A stretch of DNA of 63,349 nt, filler included, from Choristocarpus tenellus KU-1152 (GCA_964200185.2; 10 parts of 10 records of this genome joined end to end with filler, not necessarily neighbours in it); one strand, 5' to 3'. Shown: positions 45,791 to 60,050, numbered from the whole stretch's first letter. Notes: generated from the sequence alone by a model not told the origin. Numbers and translations: made by a program.

Positions 45791-48700
45791 CCTCATACAA
45801 CATTTTTGACCTTGTGAACAATGTGTTAAGACATTCCAAGAGTGGCATGGTGCTGAGACCCATAGGGATCTGGCAGAGCCTCTCTGCCTTGTACAGCATG
45901 ACTGTGGTGACCGATGGGATAACAGTGATCTCAAGGAAATGCACAAGAGGATGGGCTGAGATTAGAGCGTTTAGATGGGTCCTTTATGGGCAAGGGAACT
46001 CCTTTCCTCCACTAAAGGAGTAGTTTTTGTGTTGTGCTCGTTGGTTTTGCACCAAATTTTAAATAGAGTATATAAAGCAATATCTATAAAACTTATTCTT
46101 TTGCTTTGTATGAGATTGTATTTGACATGCAGAAACCTCGACCAATCTGGGATCCTTCCCCCCACTCCCAAGAATAGAAGGGAACAATTGCCAACAATCG
46201 CTACTATCTTACAAGAACGACAAGTTATTTATCGTTTTTGAGAGGTAGGCGTATTGCATGCGTTAATCCCTTTTCCAAGTGAGCTTATGAGTATTGAGTA
46301 TTCGTCACACTCAGGAGGGTGCTGGGTCTTGTCGATCTTGCTTCTGTGTGGACAACGGTTTTGGGAACATGGTATGTAAGGTCTTGGACATAGGTAAATT
46401 GAACTTCCTCCCCAGAAGACGTTGGAAAGGTTTTGCTTGGAATTAGTTCACCCTCTTGCGACAAAAATTATGGCTCGTGTCGACTGCTTTCCTTGTAGTT
46501 GACTCCAAGCATGAGATACAGATAGAAGTGCATGTGTACAAGTGAGGGGTTACCAAGAGAGTTAACATACACAAATACACGAGAGCTTGACTAGACAACA
46601 CATTTAAGGAGCCCTGGTAATTATGTAGGGCAGCAAATCATTGTAAAAATAAGGACGGGCGGGGGGAGGAGCCAGACATTAAGAAATCGTTTGATAATGT
46701 GATACCTTTAATATTATAAAGCAATGAAATAATGCAGTAACCAAAAAAAAATGTAGCTACTTTAATGAAGTGGACTATTGATCTCACGGCTGGGTTACAA
46801 TTATTCATCACAGAAATAGAATCGAGGGTGGGATTAAGCACTCAAGCTAAACAAGCCCCGCCACAACAGTACAAGAGGTAGTCAAGTAGTTCCAAGTAGT
46901 ATAAGGAGGTTTTCCTGCTAAGAAGAGTATTATTTTTTAGAAGAATAATATCAATCCGACCTTTTGCGGAAGTTTGTCTCTCTCTATAATAGCATCTGTT
47001 TAACTCCAGACAATCGAAAAGGGTGACGTGTGAGTGTAGACATACCTTGAAGGTAGTGGAAGTGGAAACACCATGATTGAGAGAGATATTATGTGCCCCA
47101 ATGTTGCAGGTCCTCCTCTTCAGGTGATATCAAGAGCAAGAGCTAGGCAGTCATAACGGATGACCAACTTTTCTCGTGTGTCGCATATTTGCACACGCTT
47201 GGCAAGTTTGTTGCTCGTGAAACACAACTTGAAATATTTTGGTATTGTACTGGATTAAGCATTTTCCGGATAATGAACATCGTATGATAAATGACCACAA
47301 TTGTTGTCCTCAACATCGGATGTTGCTGAACAAATCAGCTCAAGTATTTTCTGGACAACAGATGATGCAGAGTAAATGAACTTAACTAATCCTCACCCTA
47401 ACCCAAGGATTTACCAAATATTGCCTTGACGACAACAGACATTACGCGCAACCCTTGTGATAGACAGTGGATTGGTGTTATAGCATAGCAATTGACCCTG
47501 ATGTTGTTGTAGTTTATATCTCCTGACATAGGTCGAATGTGAGTAGACATTCTGGGCTACCTTTAATTGTCGAATTGTCTGAAGTGTTCACACCTGTGAA
47601 GGTGTGGTGGCATCATCCTTCGCTGTTGCAATGTTCCAGTTTGGACCTCAAAATAGGAAGTCTTTTTCTTGCTGGGAAAGACATAGACAACCCCTTGGAA
47701 CAGAGGCATCATTGGCATAGGTGATTCAAAGTATTCCTAATGGGGCAAGGGGTTCTGTAGGTCAGACGCATCCCGTTGGCTCTGGATATCTTCATAGTAT
47801 TATTGTTATTCTTATTTTTATTATTGCGGAGTAGAGAGTACCTTTTGAATGGGTACGAAGGACTCTTGGGGGGGATGGAGCGCGTTATTACGTTTTTGTA
47901 AAAGTTTTTCTGTTACGACTACACCCAAACAAAAAACATCAATTTTACCTGTCAAACCATTTTGTTGTTCCCCACATGTATTTTGTGGGTTCAAGCCTCG
48001 ACATTTCCATAATTTCTTCATGGAGATAGTTGGTGTTCGCTGCTTAAATTTTGTGGTTTCCAAGTACTTCGACACCTGACTTTTTTTTCATGGAGAGGGA
48101 TGGTATGAAGAATTCACTACTACAGGTAGAAGGGAAGGGTGGCAATATGTTGGTAGTTTAAATTATCCACCTCTTCACGTCTACCTATACCAACAAAGAT
48201 GGCCGACACAAGAACTTTACATATGTATCTGTGTACTCGAAGTATCTATTATATATATGTATACACGCATTGTTACTTCTCGCTGATCAGTGTCAAGACA
48301 ATGTGAGGAAGAGCTGATTTGAGTGCTGGCTATTGAGGACAACACCTCTTACCTCTGTTGGAATTATTCCAGCCATGTTTTACCGGGGAAGAGAAGGAGA
48401 CCAATCAATGAGATGACCATGAAATTTGCCCAGCATGGGAACGTTTCAGGCAGGCGTTGGTCACCTTCCTCAGTGCTAGCTAGGGTTAGGGGTTTTAGAC
48501 ATTCGGTGACATCTCTTCATCTGTAATGCTGTGAAAGGTGCTTTTTTAATTGATATTCCAATGTACCCTGCAGTCGGTCTAATCAACTCAATCCCGTCTA
48601 CACTTATGACTTTCCTCCTCACAGTACTGGTTACCTCACACCCACTAATGGTTTACAAACCCTTGGGATGCAATGCATATTTCTGTTTTTACATGGTTTT

Positions 48701-51700
48701 GCTTTTGTGTATTTCATTATAATACTGGTATTTATTTATTTCCTATTTTTGTAGCAACGACCTTTGTGTAGTGTGTAGTCTACGATCCTACGACGTTGAG
48801 ACTATGCGTTTTTTTGACAGCTAATTGAAGGTGCTCACTATTGAAACAGTGCAGTAGCAGTCACCACGGACTACAGTTGAAAATATAGAGTGGGTTACGG
48901 TTAAGAGCACAGATTGTAATAATGGAATAAATCGCGTGAATATTCTCGTGATTCTAGAATCAGCATGATATGACAGTTTGGAAATGGATACATGTGCTAA
49001 CGTTAGGTTCAGGGCTAGATACGTCCTATTTCTACTGTGCCAACAATTGCCATTTATGATTTGCCTGTCATTCCAAGAACAGCATCCCAATCAATGCACC
49101 TTAAGACTAGCCATAACAAAATGCTACTACTCGTAAACTAATATACTTCAAAAATAAACACAACATAGCTCAATGATGATAACAAAAAATACCTCAACCG
49201 TAACCTTGACCTGGACAGCCACAGGATGAAGAATCCCCGCTTCCAATGTGCAATGTCTGGGCCAAGGAATACGGTGTTGTGAGAGATGACTATGATGTGG
49301 AGGAGCACACCTGGGGGACGATGCCTGCATCACTCGTGGTCCGCTGGAATAGTCTCAATTGCGATGCCGTTCGCCTCAAGGCCATGCAAACCCTATGACA
49401 AATGGATGAACATCAAGTAGCGCAATAAATAGTGCATCAAGTAGTGCATGACTATTACTATTACTGGAAGTGTAGAGGGTATTTTTTCACATTGGAACTG
49501 TAACTGTTTTTCACAAGTGATGCACTACTAGTTTTCACTGTTTTTTATTACAAGGTGACACACGGCGAGTCCATTATGGCTATCTATCTAGGCCTTGTGC
49601 CTGGATTCAAATTCTGCACAAAGCGTAAACCCAAGTGAGAAAATGTTTTAGGGTTAGGGTTAGGTTAAGGGAAATGTAACATTAGGAAACTTTTCTCTGT
49701 TTGCTGGAGTACTATGTACTGTACACCGAAGTGAAAATGTGTTAGGGAGGGGGTTAGTGTTGGTGTTAGGGTTGAGATGCTGGATGTGGGTGGGGGGTGA
49801 GAGNNNNNNNNNNNNNNNNNNNNNNNNNNNNNNNNNNNNNNNNNNNNTTAATTAATTAANNNNNNNNNNNNNNNNNNNNNNNNNNNNNNNNNNNNNNNNN
49901 NNNAACATAAAAACAATAATTTCATATACCTGTCGTTTGACAAATCATATATGGTTGAGGGGGTGAGGGGGGGGGGGGGGGGGGGGTGTCTGACCGTAGT
50001 TGCAAATGCCAATCACTTCGTGTCTCGGTGTAGGTACTACTGTCTTGTGCACTAGTGGGGGTGATGGGCCCCCTCTTTGGTAGTAATTTGCATCAGGGGA
50101 GGTAGGATCGAACTCCTTAATGAAACTTCAGTCCGGGTTGGTGGAAAGATGTGTAGAATGGACAACCCCCCCTATGGTCGTAATATTCATCAGGGAGGTG
50201 GAACAGTTCAACCTGAAAGCAGTAATTTGCTGAAAGGGGTAGAGGCAGAGGGTCTTGTTGGGACTAGTCCACCATGCAAGAATAGGATGGGTCCTCTCAA
50301 GTGTGCCTTATTCCGGGAGGGAAGAAGGGTCGGCCTTACCTTTGTTGTTTACAACAAGGGGGCAGAGTAGGTCCTTTTGTCAGCAGTAACTTCCTCAAGC
50401 TAAGGATGAGTGATCTCATTGATCAGAATTTTCCATACCATGTGAAGAAACAATTGGTCACCTCAAGAGCACTTGGTGCCGGACAGGGGTAGAACAGACC
50501 CCCTAGATGACATTACTGTACTGCAAAGGGGTAAGGGGAGGGAACTCATTTGGGATTTGGATGGGTGTTCGTCTCCTTTTGTCATCGATGCGTTCAAAAA
50601 GGATAAGACAGACACCCCTTACAAAATGGTTGTCACAAGGATGCGGTAAGTCACATCATGAGTAGTAATTTTCAGAGAGTATAGGTGGCAGCGACAGTGG
50701 GTTTTACCCGTAGGGATTTTCTTGGGCATAGTTGGCAAGAGGGGAGTAGAAGGGTCACCCCTTGACAGAGAACTGTTTGTTTGGAGGATTATGAGTTTCG
50801 CCTGCAGTTTGTGGGAGCAAGCGACTTTTTTTCATGCTGTGTGTATACTACAGAAGCTACCCAGACTATTTGAAGCAAAACATGGCGAGAGTCTCGGCAA
50901 AGCAGAATCTGTAGTTTATGGAAAGAGGACGAAATAAAAGAGGTACAAAGGGTAAGGGTTAAGGAAAAATGGGGTTGTTGGTCATAAATATTTTAGGAAT
51001 CGAGACACGCTGGATCACAGAAAGGCCATACACGTCAGTGAGGGGTGTGGGGGATATGGCAAGTATGGGTGTTGGTTGGATGTACAACCAGAACAAGATT
51101 GATCTACTTTCATACATCTGCCCCACCCTCTTCCTCAACAAAATCTGTGGGTGGAAAGGATAAAAGTAGGGACATGACAGGAATAGAGGGATCAGTTTCA
51201 CATGTAGTTGGATGGAGTGTTTAGAGGTTTACCTGTAATTGTTTACCTGTAGTAGTAGCACCAACTTTGTTTTTTTTTGTATGATAAGTGTACAATTCCA
51301 ATTATTTCTTGAGCGAAACAAACCTATGATACATACAGGCAAGTATACTCTGATGGAAAAAGAGTGTTTTTTAATGCCGTCATCAGGTGCACCTCTATTG
51401 CTTGTAAGACAAGAGTGTTGTAGGAACCCCCAGTGTACAGTAGTACATGAGTGAGCACTTCCACTGACTCAAAGCATGTCCTGATGTGTCAGGATAGAGT
51501 GAGACTATAAAACAAGCTAGAAGGGATAATAGATAGGCGCTTGACACCTACCTCCAAGTAACTGTCCACCTGTTGGTGTCCTCATAAATAGGGGGAACCT
51601 TTTTGACAGTCCTGATAGGTCTCAAATTCTTGTAGATTGTACAAGGGCAATACAGAAGAAGGTAGTTGGTGATCAAGGAGAACGGGGATGGAAAACAAAC

Positions 51701-52179
51701 AGCTTCGTTGTTTTGGTGACTCAAAGTCAATCAAGAGTCACAGACAACCCCAGGAAGGGGGGTGTCCCAGGACGGCGAATAACTGAAGGAAGAGGCTGCG
51801 AGGGTTGGCCTCGGAGACACTGGCAGACATGGGAATGCCGCAAATGAAGATGGGGAGGCCGAGGGAAGACAAGGCTGTCCGCTACTGTTTGTGTCGCTAT
51901 CTCTGGCTCTTCCATTCTGAAAAATGAAAACATAATAAACGAGAGGTTAAGATGACTACCTAGGGGACTGGACAGCTGCAACAAGGTAGAAATGGGTGGA
52001 GGGTGCCAACAGACGTAATGCTCAAGGGACTAGGGAAGTTGATGCCAAAGAGCAAGAGGAGACGCTCGAGTTGGTGAACCAAAGAGGGGCTTTCAGAGGG
52101 ACAGTCACGTGTACTACTGATTCTGTGCTTCAAGTTTATTATTGGTAACCATTTGGGTCAAACTGTGCCAGTAGAGGCT

Positions 52180-52570
52180 GGCCAGCTAGGGAGTGGTGTA
52201 CAACAAGGTTTTCCATATCGTCGAAATTTGGAAGGAGAAAGGGGAGATCAGTTTTACCTCTGGGGCTGGGAGGGGGACCGTTCAAGTGGACCCTGATAAG
52301 AGGTGCAAGCTCCTTAAATCACACCTTGATGAGACAGAACTGTGCATCTTTATTTGCTCAGCAATTGTTAGGACATGTTAAGTGTGATCTTCGGTTGGGA
52401 TTTTGTGACCCAGGTAAAGACAATTTTTGGGGTGGAACTCTCATTGAGGGGTCTGGGTACCATCCTGAAAGACTTGGACTATGTGCGGAGAAGGGGTTGG
52501 ATCAAAGATCCTACCTCTGACGGAGGAGAAGAAAGCACGTGCTCGCAGGTTCCTGATTGAATACTCAATA
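52180..52570 (+). pseudogene. Decayed IS630/Tc1-like transposase fragment (winged HTH region)
   Basis: QVKTIFGVELSLRGLGTILKDLDYVRRRG followed, after a frameshift, by EEKKARARRFLIEYS. This resembles the second HTH and linker of IS630-family transposases. Confidence 0.55.
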
Positions 52571-53465
52571 AGGGTTGTTCATTAAGGAGGAAATTGTAAA
52601 GAGGAGAATGATTGCCCAAGTGAGAGATCGGATAAGGCTGGGGTGGCACTGCAATGCTAACTGGGATCGTATTGAGGGAGGATGGAAACCAGCAGACTCA
52701 TGCCCAGATGGAGATGACAAAATTCATCAAGACAGAGGACAAGTTATTGGAGGAAGACATACTCAGCCTCACAAATGTTCCACATGAACAGAAGGATGCA
52801 GTAGAGTTAGGGAGACCAAGGTGTTCCGTAGATGGGGGAGTAGATGAGATTTTGCAGGAGGAGTACGAGGTGTCCATGAAGCTCACGGTGGAAGGTGGTA
52901 ACAATGTCAACGTTGAAGCTGGCAAATCTGAGTCTGTAATGTTGTAACAATATTAATAACTAATATCAAGAGACGACCCAGCAACATTTGGAGTACTCCA
53001 AGTACACTCAGAGAACTCCAAGCATTTTTTTTTATATTCTGCACAGCCAAAGCGATCAGATACACCAAAAACATGTCCTATGAATCCTGTGTATGCAAGC
53101 ATTCCAAGGGCATAGGTTTGAGCCAAACCAATTGAGAGGTAGGCAGGTTTGGAATCTTTTGCATTTTCCAAGTCATATTTCTTACCAGGTGCAATACACT
53201 CTGTTTTCTTGTTTTATATCCACAATAGTGTAGACCAAATCGATATTCCCCCTTTCCACACACAAAGTAACGCCGATATTTAGCAAAAGCTCTTTCTGCA
53301 ATTGTACAAAATGGCATATTATTTATTGCCCTTTCTCACGATCCTTAATGCATTCCTGCCTATCCCTCAGTCGGTTTGATTCTTCCACATCATGAACAGG
53401 ATAAACATAAAAAGATAAACAACAATCATGTAAATATCAAAACAACAAATATACCACCAAGACCT

Positions 53466-53637
53466 GGTTCAAAGTACCTGTGGGGGGGTGGCGGCTGTCC
53501 ACTTGGGGTCAATGCTTTCATGTCGCGATTTTCGGGTTATTTGGTTGCATACGTCAAATGGATAATGTAAGTGCACATTTCCTGATTTTGGTCCAAATGG
53601 ACACCCTGGTGTAGACTGCCCCAAAATATTTTGGGTC
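53466..53637. mobile_element. MITE family B, full length, with 4-bp target-site duplication ACCT
   Basis: ACCT|GGTTCAAAGTACCTG...AAATATTTTGGGTC|ACCT. Confidence 0.88.
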
Positions 53638-54372
53638 ACCTTTTATACAATGCACACTGTCTTGTGTATCAAAGGTACTACTATAGCTTGGTCGATGCAT
53701 TAGGACACCAGCTTTCATTCCATATATATAGTTCACGGGATGAATCGACCCGTAGCAGATTTCTAAGGCAGTTTGAATATCTCCAAGTCGACTTTGTGGG
53801 ACTGAAGTACTTATTTTCTCAAATTTTGGCATAAAACGGGACAGATCTTGGGTTCCAGGTGGAGCTAGGACCTCAAACCAAAACAGCGTTACATCCAGCT
53901 TGACCCCGCGATTCTAACCATATTTTTTTTTGTGTCTAACTCGAAAATTCCAAAGGATTGTTTCAAACATCTTGAACACTGGAATACTGCTTCCCTCTGT
54001 AGTAGCATGACGACACTATGGACAGCTCCCTTCTGCCACTATTTCTCCTGCCCGGACGGTTTGCACGTATGTTTGTGGGTAGATGACAAGATACAGGCTG
54101 CTTCATTTACTTTGTTTTTTGTCATTTTAAGAAAAAAAGGTAGGCCTATCTGTGTGAACTCAGTGGGCTAGTTGTGTGCATTTTACGCTTACACGGTGTA
54201 TGTGCAGGTGCCATTCCTTGCAAAACCAAAGGTATTATGAAAGAGGAAAAAGAAAAAGGAGAAGTCGATTTTCGAATATGGTGCAAAAATTTCTGCTGTG
54301 AAGGATCACCCCATGTCTTGATGTTACAAGCAGGGTTTGTCTTGCTCCTACCGTATCTTCCTGTCATACAAA

Positions 54373-54630
54373 GAGTCAAAATAAAAATAAAATAAACGAG
54401 AGGTACCCAGTGAGGGATGTTGACGAAACACCTGTAAAATTCAACTCTTTTTGAAAATAGTGTAGGATACTTTTTGAATTGTGTCGGAAAAGGTTCAAAA
54501 AATGAGAAAAAAAAAACGCTCTCAAGTGAAACTTAGAATAGAAACAAGGGTGATTTGCAAAAAAAAAATGAATAACTGGCTTGAAATGCGAAACAGCCTA
54601 AACCTGGGTACCTCTCGTTTACTTTGACTC
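54373..54630. mobile_element. MITE family C
   Basis: Inverted termini GAGTCAAAATAAA...ACGAGAGGTACCCAG / CTGGGTACCTCTCGTTTACTTTGACTC, flanked by CAAA and GAAA. A related right end lies at about 57970-58131. Confidence 0.8.
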
Positions 54631-55476
54631 GAAATACAATGGTAGTAGGAACGACCCTTCTTTCAGTCAAGAAGAGGGGGGAATGAAAGGTCATAAAGGG
54701 TGCAGCAATGCAAGGAAAAAGGAAACTGTACGAAGAGAAGGAACTAGACAGTTCCAGGACTCGAGGAACAGTCTCCACTATCACCAGCTGATTTCAATCC
54801 GTGTACCACGACTGCTGACCCTCATCATACAAACTTCAACTTACTCAGCCCCTTGTTCCATACACTCCTCTTAAGAAATGTGCCCTGAGTCCTCCTAGTA
54901 GTAGTATATAATACCTGGGAATGGTGTGTGAAAGGTCCCCTATACGAATGAGAAATTTTCACATACCATACATGTTAATGCTTGCCACTAAGATGTCGGT
55001 AAGTCCTTTTTTTTTTCATGTTTCCTCATGCCCGGGCTGGTAGCTTTCATGCAGGAGAATGCGAGCTATTGGGGAAGATCACGCACTGGCAAAGAGTATG
55101 AGAGGGGGAAGCTTGTTGGCCGCCGCGCCTTTTGACAAATAATGACACTGTACACACAAGAATTGAAGGAACAATGTTAAAGAGAGGAAACTCCAAATAA
55201 TAGTACCTACAATATGTTGAAAATACCCCAAGGTAGGTCATGACACATACTTCAAACCATGTATCAACCACAGGAACTGCCTTATCTCAAAAGGGTGTAC
55301 CCAATAGCTGGATAAATTCTTCTTCTTTTTCTTCCTCTTCTTCCTATTATTAGTAAGCGTGCCAAAACTACACGACNNNNNNNNNNNNNNNNNNNNNNNN
55401 NNNNNNNNNNNNNNNNNNNNTTAATTAATTAANNNNNNNNNNNNNNNNNNNNNNNNNNNNNNNNNNNNNNNNNNNN

Positions 55477-55610
55477 GTATCTGATCTGTCTCTAAGTGCA
55501 ATTACATTATCCATCCGACGCATGCAACCACATCACCCAAGAATTGCGACATGGCAAAATGGGCCCCGAATGAACAGCCGCCACCCAACCCCCTCCAGAT
55601 ACTTTGAGGT
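55477..55610. mobile_element. MITE family B, partial
   Basis: TGCAACCA...GCGACATGG...CAGCCGCCACCC...CAGATACTTTGAG matches the right half of 33623-33802. Confidence 0.65.
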
Positions 55611-55739
55611 ACTTACCGGAGTAGAGTGAGTGATAGATGAAGTGAAGAAGGTGATCAAGGAAGTAGAACATTGATGTTGTGTTAACGAGATGATTATCAG
55701 GAAGCAAGTAGGATATGGTATAATATTCACACTATGGAA

Positions 55740-56130
55740 CCTCATGATGGCAGGATTACAAGGAGGACAGGGGATGAAATCACACCCTTTTGGATGAAGA
55801 CCATCCAACCCTTCTGAACGACGCCGAGGAACAAGGGAGGGAAACTTCTTCATTAGCTCTAGCCCGCCACTGGAACCAGTGACGGGAAGGGACCAATGCA
55901 TGGGCTTTCACACAAGCCATAGGAACAGCACGCTGGGATTCCTCCTTTGTGGAGTTTAGACTCGCCTCCACCAGATCTCTAGCGAGGGAGGGGGACTCAT
56001 CCAAGAGGTGCCCAGTGGTCAGGTGGAGGAGGCACAATATTGACACCCAATACACCCAAACCTTCCCTAGGCTGATAGGACAAGTACGCCAGCAGAACAT
56101 GTCTACAGTGAAACCCCTAGGTCAACTCCG
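55740..56130 (-). pseudogene. Possible decayed Sola-like transposase fragment
   Basis: LPCSSASFRRV followed, after a frameshift, by HPKGCDFIPCPPC resembles the SxxxFxxxW...PKxDF..CxxC motif that precedes the catalytic core in Sola-type transposases. Recognised from memory only. Confidence 0.4.
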
Positions 56131-59100
56131 CAGGGGAATGGGCATCCCTTGAGAATGGAGGATAGTAGCCCGTTTACAGTGGACAGGAACTTCAAATACT
56201 TCCAAGTAGAAAATACTCTAGGGAAGTGTCCTACCGTTGACAACAACTGTTGCACTTAGTGTGAATAATCCTTGTAACATGGTTTTACTTCGACACATAT
56301 GCAAAAGGTCAGACAAGATAATCACACAAAATATTTAATTTTGTTTTGTTTGTTATCAAACTGCATATTGCCATAACCCTACACAGTCGTACTGTCTGAT
56401 GTTATCTCCAAGAAGACCCTCGTGAAGAACCATGGTTCTCCACAGGGGAGGATCATTCGGAGAGCAGCCAATCACTCCCGACGTCAAACAGAAAAAAATC
56501 TCTTAGAGAGGTGCCTTCGCATTGATGACATATATTGTTGCTGTATTTGCAGTAGTCCTTGTAATGTAGTTTTGATTTTTCCTTGACACACATGCAAAAT
56601 GGAAGAGGGCGTAATAACACATGGCATTGGGGGATGTATGAAAGGTGAATGACAACACGTGAGGTGGAGGTGTAAGTTCATCATACAAAGACTCTTCAAG
56701 AAATTGTCTTGAAGAATGACTAGGGATTTGAACACAGTAGTATGGAATAGAGGGTTCCACAATGCGAGGGGTTGCACCATAGATATCACGAGCGGGGAAT
56801 ACCCAGGTGAACAATGACGCAACGGCGTAAGTTCATGTACTGTCTCGAAAAATAAACTGTCTTGAAGAGATCATGTATGTATATACTAGAATAACATATT
56901 GTATATTACTCTAATTGGGGAGTTGGTGGCTTGTATCACGACTGGTGAGTGATGATGTGATGTATACGTGGTGAATTTGATAAACATTCAAGCGATTGAG
57001 CAACCAAATAAACCTGTGACAACCCCCCCCCACTAATATACTGCACCCCACCAAACTAACCAAAAAGCGCTCAATATACGAACAAAAAAAGACTTCAAAC
57101 TCAAAACGAAGTCCAACGCACACCACCCTTTGGAAGAGAATTTTTGACCCATCCAGCACACACATTCATACACAAGAGAAGCCTTGCAATTGAACTAGAG
57201 CTACCATCATGTCGCTGCTGCGCTCCTCCTTACTTCTAAGTTCCATGTCTCTCGAAGATAAATTTGGACTACCAACACCGCCAGACTGCATGATTGCTTT
57301 CTCTCATTGCTCACGGCATTTGTGTCTCCTCACTTGCCTGTCATGGATGTGAGTGTGGATGGTGTTAAGGACAAAGCGATAGCCATAGCTGGCAAATGTC
57401 AATCAGGTGCACCAGTCACACAGCAGCATGCTACTTGGAATAATGTGCAGCTAAGAACAAGGCCCTTACACAGCGTTGAGCAAGATATAGCATTGGACTT
57501 CGTATGTACCAGAGTTCTGTGCTGTTACTCTCATAAGGCACCAACACAAATGCTTAGTTCTGTGTACGCTGTGCATGACAAACTCAACGTCTGATGCGAT
57601 TGGTGTTTGTTTTGACACCGGAATCCTCAGCACACCAGTAGATTTCACAAAGTGATCTGGATAGGAGATGCTACAAGCTGTAAAGCTCTTGACTGAGGAA
57701 CTTTGGAAAGGTCTCAATACCCTGAAAATGCCATCCTATGAAAGGCACAGTATCAAACCTTCTAGGCAACAGAAGTTGCTTCAACCTTTTGTTTCATTAC
57801 ATTACGGTGGGAAAGAGTCAGTACACTCATCGTCTGGCTGACAGATGGATCGTTGCACACCTGAGAGTAGGAGTGAACGACAGGTGCCAAGAATTGAATT
57901 CTAAGGATGCCAGTAAATGTTTCATAAGTGAAAAAGTTGGCATTTATTACAAACGTGCATAGAATATATTCCGAATTGAGTCGGAAAAGTTTCAAGCAAG
58001 AGAGAAATCAGCCTTCTCAAGTCAAACTTAGCACTTCACCCGTCGAAAAATATGGGTATATTCCAAAAGTTTGAAAATTGACTTTGAATGCAAAACGACC
58101 AGAACCTGGGTACTTCTCGTTTTCTTCAGCTCACCCGTTCAAGAACAGCGAGATCGTTCCTTGACAGATTTCCCAGCATCTTCTTTCCCAGCTTCCCACC
58201 CTTGCCGATGAGCACTCCATAGTGGCCATGACGAAAGTGCGAATATACACGTTTCACAACCTTTGTGGGGAAATACCACCCTGGGGCTCCAGCAGGGTGT
58301 TGCCATCCCCTTCGCTGGAATAGGCCTGCACACCATACACCAAAAAGGAAAANNNNNNNNNNNNNNNNNNNNNNNNNNNNNNNNNNNNNNNNNNNNTTAA
58401 TTAATTAANNNNNNNNNNNNNNNNNNNNNNNNNNNNNNNNNNNNNNNNNNNNGAAGAAGACAAGGGAGGGGACAGACTGCCAGGCAGGGAGGATACGGGC
58501 GAGGGGGGTTCTGTCGACAGCGTTCCTGGTGCAGAAGAAGAACAAAATGGCCATGGAGGGTGGAATGCGGGCGTTTGCTGTCCAGCATGCAATCCCGAAA
58601 AAAACTACTTCAAAGTACTATTATTTTCTAACACCTCCACCGTTGACAGTCAAACGACTCCACCGACCGCACTAATTATTCAAGCAAGCAAGCCAACGCA
58701 GGGCATACATATACACGACGATCAAACCAAATCGTTGCCCCCCCCTACACACTGTCCTACTACCACCTTCGTCAGGATGGATTCCCATTAGTAGCGGGAC
58801 CCTCCAAAAGTGCCGCAACATTTACAAAAAAAAACATAAGTGCACTTTCCGCACACAAATCCGCATCTCGCTCATCCTCAACTTTGATGATCGGCTGTTA
58901 GCTGAAGTAGCTCCATTCGTGCATTTTCTGTATATAGTATTCTTCATGTCAGCATGTGTAGGAATTACTTGCCCTCTACTTTTTCTGGTCAATGATGCAC
59001 ATGTGAGAGAAAGAGAACCACTGTAGAGTCCCAGTGTTGAAGGTCTAGCCTAGTTTTTCATTAACAAAATTCAGCATCTCCATATATAGGTACATATATG

Positions 59101-60050
59101 CTACCTCGCTATGATACCATAGTCATGAGGGAACACAATGACCTATTTCCTTAAAGTTTTCTCATGTAATGTTCCCCCTTGCCGAATTCTCTACTTACTA
59201 CTACATAGTATATACATATTGTTTCCTGGTGCTCTCTCGTGAGTGCTCATTAGCCCTGCTATCCCAACACCCTGCCAACTCACGAACGTTCCTCGGTGAC
59301 GAGAAATATACTTTGGAGACAAGTGATTATATGTTGCCAAAGCTTATTCCACAACACACTCAGCAACATCACAGTCATGCATACATATCGTTCTGATCAC
59401 AGAGCTTTACAACAGCATTACATATGCAGCAGAAAAACGTGATCACTCCAATTAACCTCCATGATACAAATGTGGTGTTAACAGACGGATCAGAGATGTT
59501 TTGAGTTGCAGAAACACTACGTGTATAGGAGGTATTTCTAGTCACAGGGTCAACAAACAGCAAAAATTTAAACGCTCTTGGTTGTTCTTAGTCGTTTCCA
59601 CCACAGTTACATGGATAACATACCCTCGAGTCCACCCAATGATAGATGAAGGTGTTACTTTTTGTAGTTTCTTCAATAATAATAATAATAATAAATATTC
59701 CTCCCCTGCCACAAAAAGGATAAGGTGTGTTCACCTCCCTCAAGAGATCTATGCACTACTGTACGATATTGCACAGTGCATCACCGTACCATACGCTGCA
59801 ACTTGGGGTGCACACCTTTAAAACACATACATTCTGTTCATCCAACTAGCAGTTCAAAGACCAATGACACAATACCCTCAAGAAAGGTTCAGCAGTACCC
59901 CCAAAAAGAACTCAAGTCCTGCTGGGTCAAGTCCTGCTTGCAAAAATTTTCCATTCATCAATGGCAAGCTCAGGCCCCACTTCCTTGTCATCAAACAGCA
60001 CAAAACACTTTTATCCGTACCACAATCCAAATTTAAACTACCTAGAAGCA

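Noticed and set aside
57300-57960. hAT transposase relic (IRCTSH as a CxxH motif)
   Set aside because: One weak motif only, with no other hAT features.
58453-58592. First exon of a gene on the minus strand
   Set aside because: GC-rich and open in several frames, but short, cut by the spacer and without a recognisable motif.
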